In this document: positions 13,405-25,100 of the stretch, in pieces
Position numbering within the stretch: the stretch's first letter is position 1
Layout of the letters: each line of letters begins with the position of its first letter
DNA from: Macrostomum hystrix
Lineage: Eukaryota; Animalia; Platyhelminthes
Length of the DNA: 64,000 bases
Direction: 5' to 3'
Assembly: GCA_950097015.1 (NCBI GenBank)
Contig: CATNEN010000039.1
Span: 5,332,001-5,396,000 of the forward strand
The notes under the pieces: model-generated
Database searches by the model: none
What the model was told of the DNA's origin: nothing
Seen by the model: the letters and a program-made list of their open reading frames with translations, nothing else
Position numbers and translations under genes: made by a program

Positions 13405-14597
13405 ATGTCAGCCATTGGTCTGCCTGGCGCTGCGGCAGCGAATCCACCGCCGCCACCAGTGGAAGGTCTGCGCTGCTCGCTACCTCACACCGAGGCCTGG
13501 ATTGGCTCGCGCCCGATTGGCTCCGGCTGTCTGTATGTGGCCGAGTCGCGCCTTGCTTGGTTCCCCGATGAACTCACTACAGCTCAGCAGCCAGCAACCA
13601 ATGGGAGTTTCTCACTGAACTATCCCGCCATCAGTCTGCATGGACTGGCTAAAACTGGCGGCTCCGACGCTCGACCGCATCTGTATCTGTTGGTGCACGG
13701 TGACCTGCTTGGCGACGGCAGCGTCAATGGCAACGGCGAGGACGACGGCGACGAGAACGACAATGGCAACGATTTTGTTGATGACAATGAGGACAACGAG
13801 GTTAACACGGAGGTTCGATTCTATCCGCCTGCTAGCGCCGGACCGGACGCGCTGATGACTCTGTTTCAGGTGGGCTAACAGATTTCATATGCATAACAGG
13901 TGTGGCCGTGTATAACAGATTTCATATGCATAACAGGTGTAGCCGTGTCTCTAACATATTTCTTATTCATAACAGGTGTGACCGTGTCTAACAGATTTCA
14001 GATGCATAACAGGTGTGGCTTTGTCTCTAACAGATTTCTTATTCATAACAGGTGTGACCGTGTCTAACAGATTTCAGATGCATAACAGGTGGGGCTTTGT
14101 CTCTAACAGATTTCTTAGTCATAACAGGTGTGGCCGTGTCTCTAACAGATTTCTTATTCATAACAGGTGTGGCCGTGTCTCTAACAGATTTCTTATGCAT
14201 AACAGGTGTGGCCGTGTCTAAATGCAGTCGTCTGTCTAGCAACTATTTTACGAGAATATAAATGCAGGAGTTGCTAAATGTTTTACTCCACCATTGATGT
14301 TTACTCTGCATACTCCAGCTAGCTACTATAGAGTAGTGTGACCATGCGCCCATTTTATCACTTCAGGCAGTATCCGACTGTCAGGCCTTGCATCCCGACG
14401 CTGAAGACGCCGATTCCGACGACGACGAAGGCGATGATGACGATGAGAACAACGCAGACTACAACGGCGAAGATGACGGTGAATTCGGCGAGGGCGACGA
14501 CTACGGCGAGAGCGAACAGCAGCCAGGTTGGCCGCCTGCCGGTTCGGGCGATCAGCAGCAGCCAATGGACATGGACGAGCAGTTTGAGGACGCCTGA
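13405..14597 (+). CDS. CLNS1A: Methylosome subunit pICln (chloride conductance regulatory protein ICln); 2 exons
   Basis: Exons 13405-13869 and 14367-14597. Motifs GSGCLYVAESRLAW, FSLNYPAISLHG, TEVRFYP, LFQ|AVSDCQALHPD, acidic tracts and C-terminal QFEDA*. AATAAA at 14712. Confidence 0.93.
13870..14220. repeat. 37-39-bp minisatellite starting at the pICln splice donor
   Basis: Unit gtgtggccgtgtctctaacagatttcttattcataacag, about 9 copies. Confidence 0.95.
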
Positions 14598-14711
14598 GGA
14601 CGCCTGCTGTTTTTTTGCTCGTTGAATCCAACTTGTACTTCTATAATATAAGTTCCGGCTATTTTCTATCCAGGGACAGTTTGGTCCCGCATTTACCTAT
14701 TCATGAATTGA

Positions 14712-14717
14712 AATAAA
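14712..14717 (+). promoter_or_regulatory. Polyadenylation signal of pICln gene
   Basis: AATAAA about 115 nt after the stop codon. Confidence 0.55.
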
Positions 14718-14846
14718 ATTGCTTTTTCCTATGCCGATATTAATGGTGTGTATTTGAAGCGCCCAAATCTGAATCGTGCATTCTTTTTGCTTCTGAAGTT
14801 GGAAACCTTAAACACTGAAGCACATTTATGGCAATGAAAGATAAAG

Positions 14847-15112
14847 GAGTGGTACAGCGGTCTAACGCGTTCGTCGCATTTGCCTCTAGAAGGCTTGATG
14901 ACTTTTCGTGCAATTTACGCCCTCGATGGCCAACCTCGAAGGCACAGTGAAAGTGTACACTAAACTGACGATGAGAAAGTCAGGGCAGATGTACACACAC
15001 ACCTATGTGAGTGTGTGCCAGCGTACAGTATCTGTGTGCGTGTGTGCTCAGGAGTCAGCGAAATGAGCAGAATTGCCTCCTCGCTGGCTGCGGGTCTACT
15101 GTCACCAAATGA
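14847..15112 (+). mobile_element. SINE family A, internally deleted
   Basis: Shares gtgtacac..ctgacgatgagaaagtcaggg and aattgcctcctcgctggctgcgggtc with the other copies. Confidence 0.8.
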
Positions 15113-15565
15113 AATATTACATACTATATTGTACTAAATCGTCTTTAGTTAAAATCACGGGACACAAATAAAAAATAACGCAACAAAAAGTTATAAAAAT
15201 ACAACTTGCTGGTTTCAGAAAATTAAGTCGCTCTCAGTTCAAAAGCAGTAACTTCTAGTTGTAGTGTATGTTAGTAATGTCAGACTGTGCTATAAAACAA
15301 CGGATTGCTGCACTGTTAAAGAAATATTGAGCTAAACTTTGTTAAATAATGCCAGGGCATTGCAACACGCCCAGCAGTGACGCACTATTCTAAAAGTACA
15401 GAAATTATCTTTTAACTTGCAACTCAAAAAAGAGCTTAAAAAATAAAATTTAAACCGCTAGCGTATTTACCGTACTGTTATTTTTTTAATTCTAAAACTT
15501 CTGAATTTTGTCCACTCTCTCCGAAGCTGGCAATTCCATCCACTCAGAAACTGTCGATTCTCTTC

Positions 15566-18500
15566 TCAGTCCACGTTGGCCGCCAGAAGTTGTCGTTGCG
15601 CCTTGCCGAGCGCCACTTGACGAGCGTCGCGCCCGAAGCGCAGCGTGCTGAGGCTACCGCTTGTCGAGCTAGAGTCTGTCCGGACGGTGACAATGATGCA
15701 ACACTTGCCATGGTTGACAAGGAACGGCTTGAGCATCTGGGTCAGCCGCGCCTCTCTGTAGCAGGCGGCGCCCGGCGGCGTCCGGCGCAGAGTCAGGAAC
15801 AGCCGATTAAAGGCCGCAAGCGAGCGGTTGATGTGGCCGGCCTCTGCCGCTCGCTCCGGCTCATGCCAAGTGTCGGCCTTGACAATATTCTCGGCTCCAG
15901 CCAGGTCCATCATGCCCAGGTAGGAGCAGGTGGTCCGGCCGTGGACCCGGGACCTGGCTTGGAGTCGGACCAGGTGAATCAGGTGAGATCGAGACGAGCG
16001 CGGATTTAGCGCCGTCTTGGCTACTCGACGTTTCACGGTGAACAGGTGCAACAGTTTGGCCACGTCTCGCTCCTCTTTGATTGGCGCCAGGCGCAGGGTG
16101 GCGAATGCGGAGGCGAGGCTGCAGTCTTTGTACAGGCTGACCGGAGCCCGATCAGACAGCAGGTCGAAGCAGGCGTCATTGTAGATCTCTAGGCAGGCCG
16201 TGTCCAGCTCCATGCTCCAGTCCGATGAACGGCTTGACGCCTCCTGCAGCACTGCTAGTAGAGCTCGATAGACCAGGCCCTGTTTGATTGGTTGGTTGAT
16301 TGACCATCTACTTGATGATTTTTATGTATTGATTTTTAATAGTCTGTTTGGTTAGTTGATTGATAAGTACATTGATAATGGGGTCGGTGGCAGAGCGGTT
16401 AACGCGCTTGCCTCTCGCACCGAGGTCCCTGAGCTCGATTCCGCGGCGAGGCCACATTTATTTGGGGTCGCAGGCGCGGAGGCAAAGCTTAAAGAACCTG
16501 TCGTTCAATTTACGCGCCCTTGAGGGCCAACCTCTAAGGCACAGTGAGAGTGTACACTGCTTGATGATGAGAAAATCTGGGCTGGTGTTCACACCTGTGT
16601 GAGTGTGTGCCTGCGTACAGTATCGTGTGCGTGTGTGCTCAGGAGTCAGCGAAATTGGCAGAATTGCCTCCTCACTGGCAGCAGGTATAGTATCACCAAA
16701 TGATGTGCCATTGCCCGCAGCCCTCCTGCAGTTATTATTATTGGGTACATTGGGTAGCAAAATGTTTTTAATGTGAGTATAACATAATTTCTGACGATTT
16801 TGTTCAGCAAAATCAGTCTATCCTTTTGGACTGAAGTAGAATTCTGTAGCTCACCCTCTGCTTGGCGCTGCCCAGCAGTGTGAAAGTCTTTCCGCTGGCC
16901 TCGCCGCCGTAGGTGATGAAGCAGACGTTGTAGCCGTCCAGGAATGACGTAATCAGCGGCCGGAGCTCTTCAAACAGGGCCTCCTGCGGTGCATCGGGCC
17001 CAAAGACCCGATCGAAGCGAAATACCTCTTCCTGATGCTGCTGCTGCGGCTGCTGCTGCTGCTGCTGGTTGGTGCGAACTCTAACCTGCTCCTGTGTGAT
17101 GGCCTCAACAGCTTGATCGCCATCGACTTTAGTGCAGCGGCAGTAGACCCGGATATTGCCCAGTTGTTCCTGCATATTCGGTTAGGCGCACTCAAAAATA
17201 GCTCGGTGTAAAATGTGCTTGAAGATTTGGTGACAGAAAACAGAAATCACTTCGACTCACCTGCAGCGCATTGTAGGCCAACCGGCGCCTCGACTCCTCT
17301 TCTAGGCACTTCTGTCGCAGCTCTTCTAGGCACTTTTGCATTTGACAAAGAGCTGCAGAATGCTCCTGTTGCTGCTGCTGACTCTGGTGCTGCGGCAGCA
17401 GCTGCTGACGCTTCTGTCTCTCTTGCTGCGCAGTCAGGTGCGAGCTGATCTTGCTGAGACCAGACGCCATCGCTGTCGACACCGAGGCCAGCGACGCGCG
17501 CATAACCCGCAGGTCGGCGCGCAGTCGACGCACGCCCCGGAGCAGCGGGCGGCCGCTAAACTCCGAGTCGGCCGGATCGCCGGCTGTCATTGAGAAGGCT
17601 GCAGCCGCCACTGTGCTAGAAGAATTTGCCACGTTGGAGTCGGCGATATTCGAGGCCGGATTGATGGCTCGTGTCGACGATGATCGCACACACAGAATGT
17701 CGCGCACGACGGACCGCAGCGGCAGAGTCTGCCGAAGGTATTTCACGCAGCGCTCCGTATCGTAGCGGCAGGCGCGCAGCTCAGCCAGCACCTGGGTGCA
17801 AAGAATCAACGCGGCGGGACATTGTGCAATAAATCTAATTAATGATTTTTGGAGTTAAAACAAAATTAATGTGGGTAAGCAGTCTAGTGTTGCGGTGGAG
17901 GGTACAGGTGGAGGGTAGCGGTGGAGGGTACCGGTGGAGGGTACCGGTGGAGGGTACCGGTGGAGGGTACCGGTGGAGGGTAGCGGTGGAAGGTAGTGGT
18001 TGATGGTACCGGTGGAGAGTACTGATGGAGGGTACCGGTGGAGGGTACCGGTTGAGGGTACCGGTGGAGGGTACTGATGGAGGGTACCGGTGGAGGGTAC
18101 CGGTTGAGGGTACCGGTGGAGGGTACTGATGGAGGGTACCGGTGGAGAGTACTGGTGGAGGGTAGCGGTGGAGGGTACAGGTGGAGGATACCGGTGGAGA
18201 GTACTGGTGGAGGGTACCGGTGGAGGGTACCGGTGGAGGGTACCGGTGGAGGGTAGCGGTGGAAGGTAGTGGTTGATGGTACCGGTGGAGAGTACTGATG
18301 GAGGGTACCGGTGGAGGGTAGCGGTGGAAGGTAGTGGTTGATGGTACCGGTGGAGAGTACTGATGGAGGGTACCGGTGGAGGGTAGCGGTGGAAGGTAGT
18401 GGTTGATGGTACCGGTGGAGAGTACTGATGGAGGGTACCGGTGGAGGGTACCGGTTGAGGGTACCGGTGGAGGGTACTGATGGAGGGTACCGGTGGAGGG

Positions 18501-20127
18501 TACCGGTTGAGGGTACCGGTGGAGGGTACCGGTGGAGGGTACTGATGGAGGGTACCGGTGGAGAGTACTGGTGGAGGGTAGCGGTGGAGGGTACAGGTGG
18601 AGGATACCGGTGGAGAGTACTGGTGGAGGGTAGCGGCGGAGGGTACTGATGGAGGGTACCGGTAGAGGGTACCGGAGCACCGTTAAAAATGTAGCTATAG
18701 CCAAAAATAAATCTGAAAGTCGTGCTCACCTCAAGCGGATCGGACACGTGCGGACAGGAGTTCACAATGGCCTGGATCTGCTCTTGCAGTCTGGGCAGCA
18801 GCAGTTCCACCACGATGGGCACATTCATCCAGACGGCGGCGCCGTCCTCGTCTCGCGTCAGCACTCGTCGGCAGATGGTGCTGCGCCGCTTGCGGCAGGT
18901 TCTCACCTGGAAGTTCCGATCCGGCAGGATGACGCTGTCGCCGACGATACTGTCGGTATTGACGGCGCCGCCGCCTTTGGGATTGTCATTGTGCCCGCCG
19001 CTGTCAAAGCGATCTAGTCCTGGCTGCTGCTGCCTGGGCTGCGGCAGTAGGCAGGCGCAGATGTACTGATACTCCTGGTACAGCCTGTGATAGCTGTGCA
19101 GCATGCGACTGTACTTGTCTCCAGATAGGCGGCACTTGGCTAGCTTGCCGCTGTCACGCCTGCCGACCAACTGCTTCCAGTCCTTGTCGGCTAGGAATGC
19201 TCGCATTGGCACCTGCGAATACCTGCGGCAGGCGGGCGGCGGGAAATGCCAGGCGTTAAGCAAAGCTGAGACTCAAAACACCCGTGCGCACATGACGAAT
19301 GACTTTGCATTCAATCTCTCCACTGTCTCATCTCTCCATTGTCTCATCTCTCCACTGTCTCATCTCTCCACTGTCTCATCTCTCCACTGTCTCATCTCTC
19401 CACTGTCTCATCTCTCCACTGTCTCATCTCTCCACTGTCTCATCTCTCCACTGTCTCATCTCTCCACTGTCTCATCTCTCCACTGTCTCATCTCTCCACT
19501 GTCTCATCTCTCCACTGTCTCATCTCTCCACTGTCTCATCTCTCCACTGTCTCATCTCTCCACTGTCTCATCTCTCCACTGTCTCATCTCTCCACTGTCT
19601 CATCTCTCCACTGTCTCATCTCTCCACTGTCTCATCTCTCCACTGTCTCATCTCTCCACTGTCTCATCTCTCCACTGTCTCATCTCTCCACTGTCTCATC
19701 TCTCCACTGTCTCATCTCTCCACTGTCTCATCTCTCCACTGTCTCATCTCTCCACTGTCTCATCTCTCCACTGTCTCATCTCTCCACTGTCTCATCTCTC
19801 CACTGTCTCATCTCTCCACTGAGGCCACGGGAGGCCACGGGAATCTAACCTGTTGATGCTGCAGACGCCACTGCCCAGCATCATCGCAGCCGCTGCGGCC
19901 GCCGGATCATCGACACAATCGACCGTGTGCGATTTGGCTCTCCGCCAATGCCGCCTGGCCACACCTCCGACGTCGCCGGCGCAGCGGCCTCGGTGACACG
20001 GACTGATGCCGTTCGATGGGCTGCCCGAGTCGCTGCAGTTGCTGCTGCTGCTGATGCCAGCGACGGCATTCATCGCCGACATTGGATTGCACTGATACCT
20101 GTCTTCCAGCGGATAGTTGGTTTCCAT
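15566..20127 (-). CDS. Kinesin-14 family (KIFC3/KIF25-like) C-terminal motor protein; 5 exons
   Basis: Exons 20127-19850, 19222-18730, 17791-17261, 17169-16855, 16279-15566. Coiled coil, then neck RRRLAYNALQ|EQLGNIRVYCR, FRFDRVF, LDGYNVCF, P-loop YGGEASGKT, EIYND, switch I NPRSSRSH, switch II DLAGAE, HINRSL, YREARLTQML and STLRFG. The start codon and first exon are less certain. Confidence 0.85.
16380..16742 (+). mobile_element. tRNA-derived SINE family A, full length
   Basis: A-box TGGCAGAGCGG, B-box-like GCTCGATTC, conserved body shared with 6 other copies in the window, (TTA)n tail. Lies in the last kinesin intron. Confidence 0.85.
17893..18675. repeat. 13-bp minisatellite (ggtggagggtacc) with higher-order variants
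   Basis: Directly visible, kinesin intron. Confidence 0.95.
19315..19821. repeat. 16-bp near-perfect minisatellite (cactgtctcatctctc)
   Basis: Directly visible, kinesin intron; about 31 almost invariant copies. Confidence 0.97.
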
Positions 20128-20484
20128 TCGTTGTCCCTAAGTCTTGGGTCTCTAAGATTGTTAATAATCTTCAAATCGAAAACTAACGGTGGCTTTGTCC
20201 GTGCAGAATCTATGATAACTAACTATAGCATCTATCAGACACAAACTATCAACTTGTCCTATGACTTTATTTGTTTTATCAGATTCCGTCACTTTCCCAA
20301 GTCTTTTTTTCGACGCGCCGTTTCTGCCATAGACGTAAAAATTTTAGCTTGCACTTCTTAGCACTTTTAGAGTGTAGATAGCAGACAGATGAATACAGAA
20401 ACACTGCATGAGTTCGTCACTGAGAAATACTTAATGAGAATTGTTCGAAGGCTAAATCCCCGATAGGAAATCCTTGGCATCTAA

Positions 20485-20720
20485 TACTCGATGAGAAATC
20501 CATGGCAGACAATCCTCGATGGGAAATCCATGGCAGACAAACCTCGATGGGAAATCCTGGGCAGTCAATCCTCGATGGGAAATCCATGGCAGACAATCCA
20601 CGATGGGAAATCCATGGCAGACAATCCTCGATGGGAAATCCTGGGCAGTCAATCCTCGATGGGAAGTCCATGACAGGTAATCCTCGATGGGAAATCCTTG
20701 GCAGAAAATCCTCGATGGGA
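20485..20720. repeat. 28-bp minisatellite (tcgatgggaaatccatggcagacaatcc)
   Basis: Directly visible, between the LAR 3' end and the kinesin start. Confidence 0.9.
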
Positions 20721-22013
20721 GTAGTTGTAAAGGTTGGGAGCATTTAGATGCTTTACTTTTCGCTACACATCGGACGACAACCCAGTCGCACTAACTTAGC
20801 AACGAAAAATACGATTGAAGACTATTACTGCAACATCTGGAATATATGGCAGCCGGCTCAGCTTAAATGACGCAATTTCCTTCTTTATTAAACTTTTTAG
20901 GCAGAAAAGCGCGCCTAAACTACTGCTTTGCAATCAATTGAGTAGTACAAAGCAAGACACGTCAGCAATTATCAGTTTATATTAACAAAATGAAATCATT
21001 TAGTGAGTGAATTTGCAAAACATAGCCGTGACGAAACGAGATGGCAACGGGGCAATGTCACGAGGAATAAAAATTTGAGTAGAAAAAACACGATGCGTGA
21101 ACTACCCAGCTAAGAAAGCAGACACACTAAGTGGCAGTAAGTCAACTTGCGGCATTCGGAAAATCAAATCAGTAGCACTAGAGATATTAGCAATCTTCTA
21201 GATTAGCTCTGTAAAGTAGAAATAAGACACAATCGAATGTGTTTAATACGTGGAAACTAGTTTGACTAAATAATAAAATTAAAACTATCATTAGCATAGC
21301 ACACAACACTGATTTAGGCGCGAAATAGGTCAATATTCACGTGAAAGTACAAGCAATGAATTAGCGAATTCGCAACGAACAGTTAAATTCCCATATGACA
21401 GATGGGATTTCACAAACTTGAACTAACTTTACGTATAAAAGTCAATATTACCTCCAGGTTAGGATCCCATGCTAAATCATCATCTTAAACGTCCGATCCC
21501 ATACTTAAGATTAGGTAATCCAGTTTCAAACTCACAGATTTTGACAAACGAAAACAAAAACAAAAAATGGAAAAAATGCAGCCGAGACACTCAGAAAACT
21601 GATCCGGTAGGTATAGGTAGGTATAGGTAGTTAGGACTTTGCAAGTATTTACTGTGAAACGTAATGCATTCAAAAGATAAACTAATCGGTACATATTACT
21701 ACCCGTTAAAACTGTAGCAGTAGTATCTTAATGAGTAGTAATAATATAATGAATATTGATATTAAGTGATTTTTGGAATATCGAAATAGAACAAAAATAG
21801 AAGATTTAATTAGCAGCAACTAATGAAATATTTCAACTAAAAAATTAGTTTCAAGTCGATCACAATAATGTGCTCAGCAATTCTAATTATGCCGCTCAAT
21901 ACCATGAAGGTGTAGTAGTTGGTACACAATTCGGGATTATTCTGGCTATAGCAATATACGCTCGTAGTAATAGTAGATTTATGAATATTGTGAACAAAAT
22001 AGGATTTACGAGT

Positions 22014-22123
22014 GTGCTATCCTGTCAATCAGGTGGCATAGTGATCAAATGAGGACAGGTACTCGAGTGCTATCCTGTCAATCAGGTGGCATAGTGATCA
22101 AATGAGGACAGGTACTCGAGTGC
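22014..22123. repeat. 53-bp tandem duplication spanning the LAR stop codon
   Basis: Two exact copies (22014-22066, 22067-22119) plus GTGC microhomology. Confidence 0.95.
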
Positions 22124-25100
22124 AGCTCCGTAACAGAACTGGTATTGCTCCTCCGTCTGCACCATCGCCGAGCGCTGGATCCGCAGCGAGCGCACCGTCT
22201 GGTAGATGTCCACTACGCCTTCGTAGCGCATCCGTTCCAGCACCACAGACAGCGCCAGGAACACCCCCGTGCGACCTGCGCCAGCGCTGCCGTTTGGGTT
22301 GCGGTGGAAGATTGACTTAGAGAATGTGATCCCCCATCGGGATTCGAGTGTTGTTAGTTGGGAGAAATATTGGGATTCTAAGCCGTGGTGGAATTTTACT
22401 GTTTGAACACTCTGATAGTCATTTCGGGCCAGATGTGCAGCCGACAGCACAGCCGCATTGTGCGGAGCATATGAAGACTGCGTACGGCTGTTCAGTCCAT
22501 GGACTGGGGGAAAGCCATACCCACGTTCAATTACAGCTAAATCTGGTACACAACAGATGGTTGAACCGAAGCAGGAGGGCTGCTCCGAGTGGCACATCAT
22601 TTGGCGACACTAGACCTGCAGCCAGCGAGGAGGCAATTCTGTCCATTCCGCAAAAGCACGCACACAGATACTGTACGCAGGCATACACTCACACAGGTGT
22701 GTACATTTGCCCTGACTTTCTCATCGTCAGGCAGTGTACACACTCACTGTGCTTTGGAAGTGACCCTCAAGGGTTTAAATTTCACGACAAGCCCCGAGCC
22801 TTCTCTCCGCGGCTGCGCCCCAAAATAAATGTGGCCTCGCCGCGGAATCGAACTCATGGACTTCAGTGCGAGAGGCAAACGCGTTAGACTGCTCTGCCAC
22901 TACCCCAACGCAGAGTTAAATGTCTTGCTAAAGGACACAAATAGTTCCGATGGAGTCTGGAATCGAACCCCGGACCTTGAAGTCGTGAGTACGATGCTCT
23001 GACCACTAGGCTACAACCCGGCGCGTATCTCACCTGCAGTGCACCGTGATTGGGCCGTCCTGTCCGAACTGCTCCTTGGTCTTGTGCACCTGGCCGATGA
23101 ACTCGATGAAGCCCTCGCCAGACTTGGGCACGCCCTGCTCCGGCCAGTCGGTGAAGTGGAACTGGCGCACCGTCCTCGACTGGCCGTCGCGAGCGTCCGT
23201 GACCTTGAACTCGCGCAGAATATAGTTGGGCATGTTGTACTCGGCCATGGGGTCCACCACGAAGTACTGATAGCGAGCAGAGCGCTCCCCTGGCCAGTAC
23301 TGGTGGCACTTGTCGCGGCCCTGCTCCCGCAGCTTCGTGAGGTTCACCACAATGGTTGAGTTGTGCTCCCACAGCATGCGCCAGAAGTCCTCGGCGGTAT
23401 CCGGCAGCGGGCCCTGTGTGGCGATGTAGCAGGATCTCTGGCGATAGCCATCAATCCAGGAGGCGTTGATATAGTCGGAGCCTTCGACGCCGCGGATTGG
23501 CTGAAGGCAGACCCTGTTTGCTTCGAATGGCAGAATGTTGACGAGACGGTTCTTAAGCTTGTTGGCTGGCAGGCTGGCGCTCGTGAACTTGTGCGCCGGC
23601 ACCGGCCTGACTGTGTGCGCCAGGCTGCGGAACTCTAGCTCGACGCCCGTAACGCTGCCCGCTGACGGCTCTGGCAGGCTCAGCCGCTGCACCTGCGAGG
23701 CCAGCGCTCTGGCCGGCACCTGCGGATGAGAGGGGTTTGATTTCATGTAGCGTTTCAAGAGTTCCAGTTTCTCATGCCTTTGAAGAGGTTCAGTGTCTAG
23801 TGCCTTTGAAGAGGTCCAGTTTCTAGTGCTTTTGAAGAGTTCTAGTTTCTGGCGCTTCTGAAGAGGTCCAGTTTCTAGTAATTTTGGAGAGGTCCAGTTT
23901 CTAGTGGTTTTGAAGAGGTCCAGTTTCTAGTGGTTTTGAAGAGGTCCAGTTTCTAGTAATTTTGAAGAGGTTCAGTGTCTAGTGCCTTTGAAGAGGTCCA
24001 GTTTCTAGTGCTTTTGAAGAGTTCTAGTTTCTGGCGCTTCTGAAGAGGTCCAGTTTCTAGTAATTTTGGAGAGGTCCAGTTTCTAGTGGTTTTGAAGAGG
24101 TCCAGTTTCTAGTGGTTTTGAAGAGGTCCAGTTTCTAGTAATTTTGGAGAGGTCCAGTTTCTAGTGGTTTTGAAGAGGTCCAGTTTCTAGTGGTTTTGAA
24201 GAGGTCCAGTTTCTAGTGGTTTTGAAGAGGTCCAGTTTCTAGTGGTTTTGAAGAGGTCCAGTTTTTAGTGCTTTTATAGAGGTCCGGTTTCTAATGCCTT
24301 TGAAGAGGTCCAGTTTCTAATGCCTTTGAAGAGGTCCAGCTTTTAGTGCTTTTGAAGAGGTCCAGCTTTTAGTGCTTTTATAGAGGTCGGGTTTCTAATG
24401 CCTTTGAAGAGGTCCAGTTTTTAGTGCCTTTGAAGAGGTCCAGTTTTTAGTGCCTTTGAAGAGGTCCAGCTTTTAGTGCTTTTGAAGAGGTCCAGCTTTT
24501 AGTGCTTTTATAGAGGTCCGGTTTCTAACGCCTTTGAAGAGGTCCAGTTTTTAGTGTCTTTGAAGAGGTCCAGTTTTTAGTGCTTTTGAAGAGGTCCAGT
24601 TTTTAGTGCTTTTGAAGAGGTCCAGTTTTTAGTGCCTTTGAAGAGGTCTAGATTTTAGTGCTTTTATAGAGGTCCGGTTTCTAATGCCTTTGAAGAGGTC
24701 CAGTTTTTAGTGTCTTTGAAGAGGTCCAGTTTTTAGTGCTTTTATTGAGGTCCGGTTTCTAATGCCTTTGAAGAGGTCCAGTTTCTAATGCCTTTGAAGA
24801 GGTCCAGCTTTTAGTGCTTTTGAAGAGGTCCAGCTTTTAGTGCTTTTATAGAGGTCGGGTTTCTAATGCCTTTGAAGAGGTCCAGTTTTTAGTGCCTTTG
24901 AAGAGGTCCAGTTTTTAGTGCTTTTGAAGAGGTCCAGCTTTTAGTGCTTTTATAGAGGTCGGGTTTCTAATGCCTTTGAAGAGGTCCAGTTTTTAGTGCC
25001 TTTGAAGAGGTCCAGCTTTTAGTGCTTTTGAAGAGGTCCAGCTTTTAGTGCTTTTATAGAGGTCCGGTTTCTAACGCCTTTGAAGAGGTCCAGTTTTTAG

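Noticed and set aside
16380-16455. tRNA genes at SINE heads (also 3649, 9210, 23019, 49597, 57724)
   Set aside because: Acceptor and T stems do not close properly, and each head continues into a shared SINE body.
22287-22600. N-terminal part of ORF 22082-22600 as coding
   Set aside because: Intron and SINE read-through; the real exon starts at 22286, completing HCS|AGAGRTG.
22700-22742. Hammerhead-like CTGACGA..GAAA motif in SINE family A
   Set aside because: Only 3 nt lie between CUGACGA and GAAA (no helix II) and there is no helix III; better explained as a simple hairpin.
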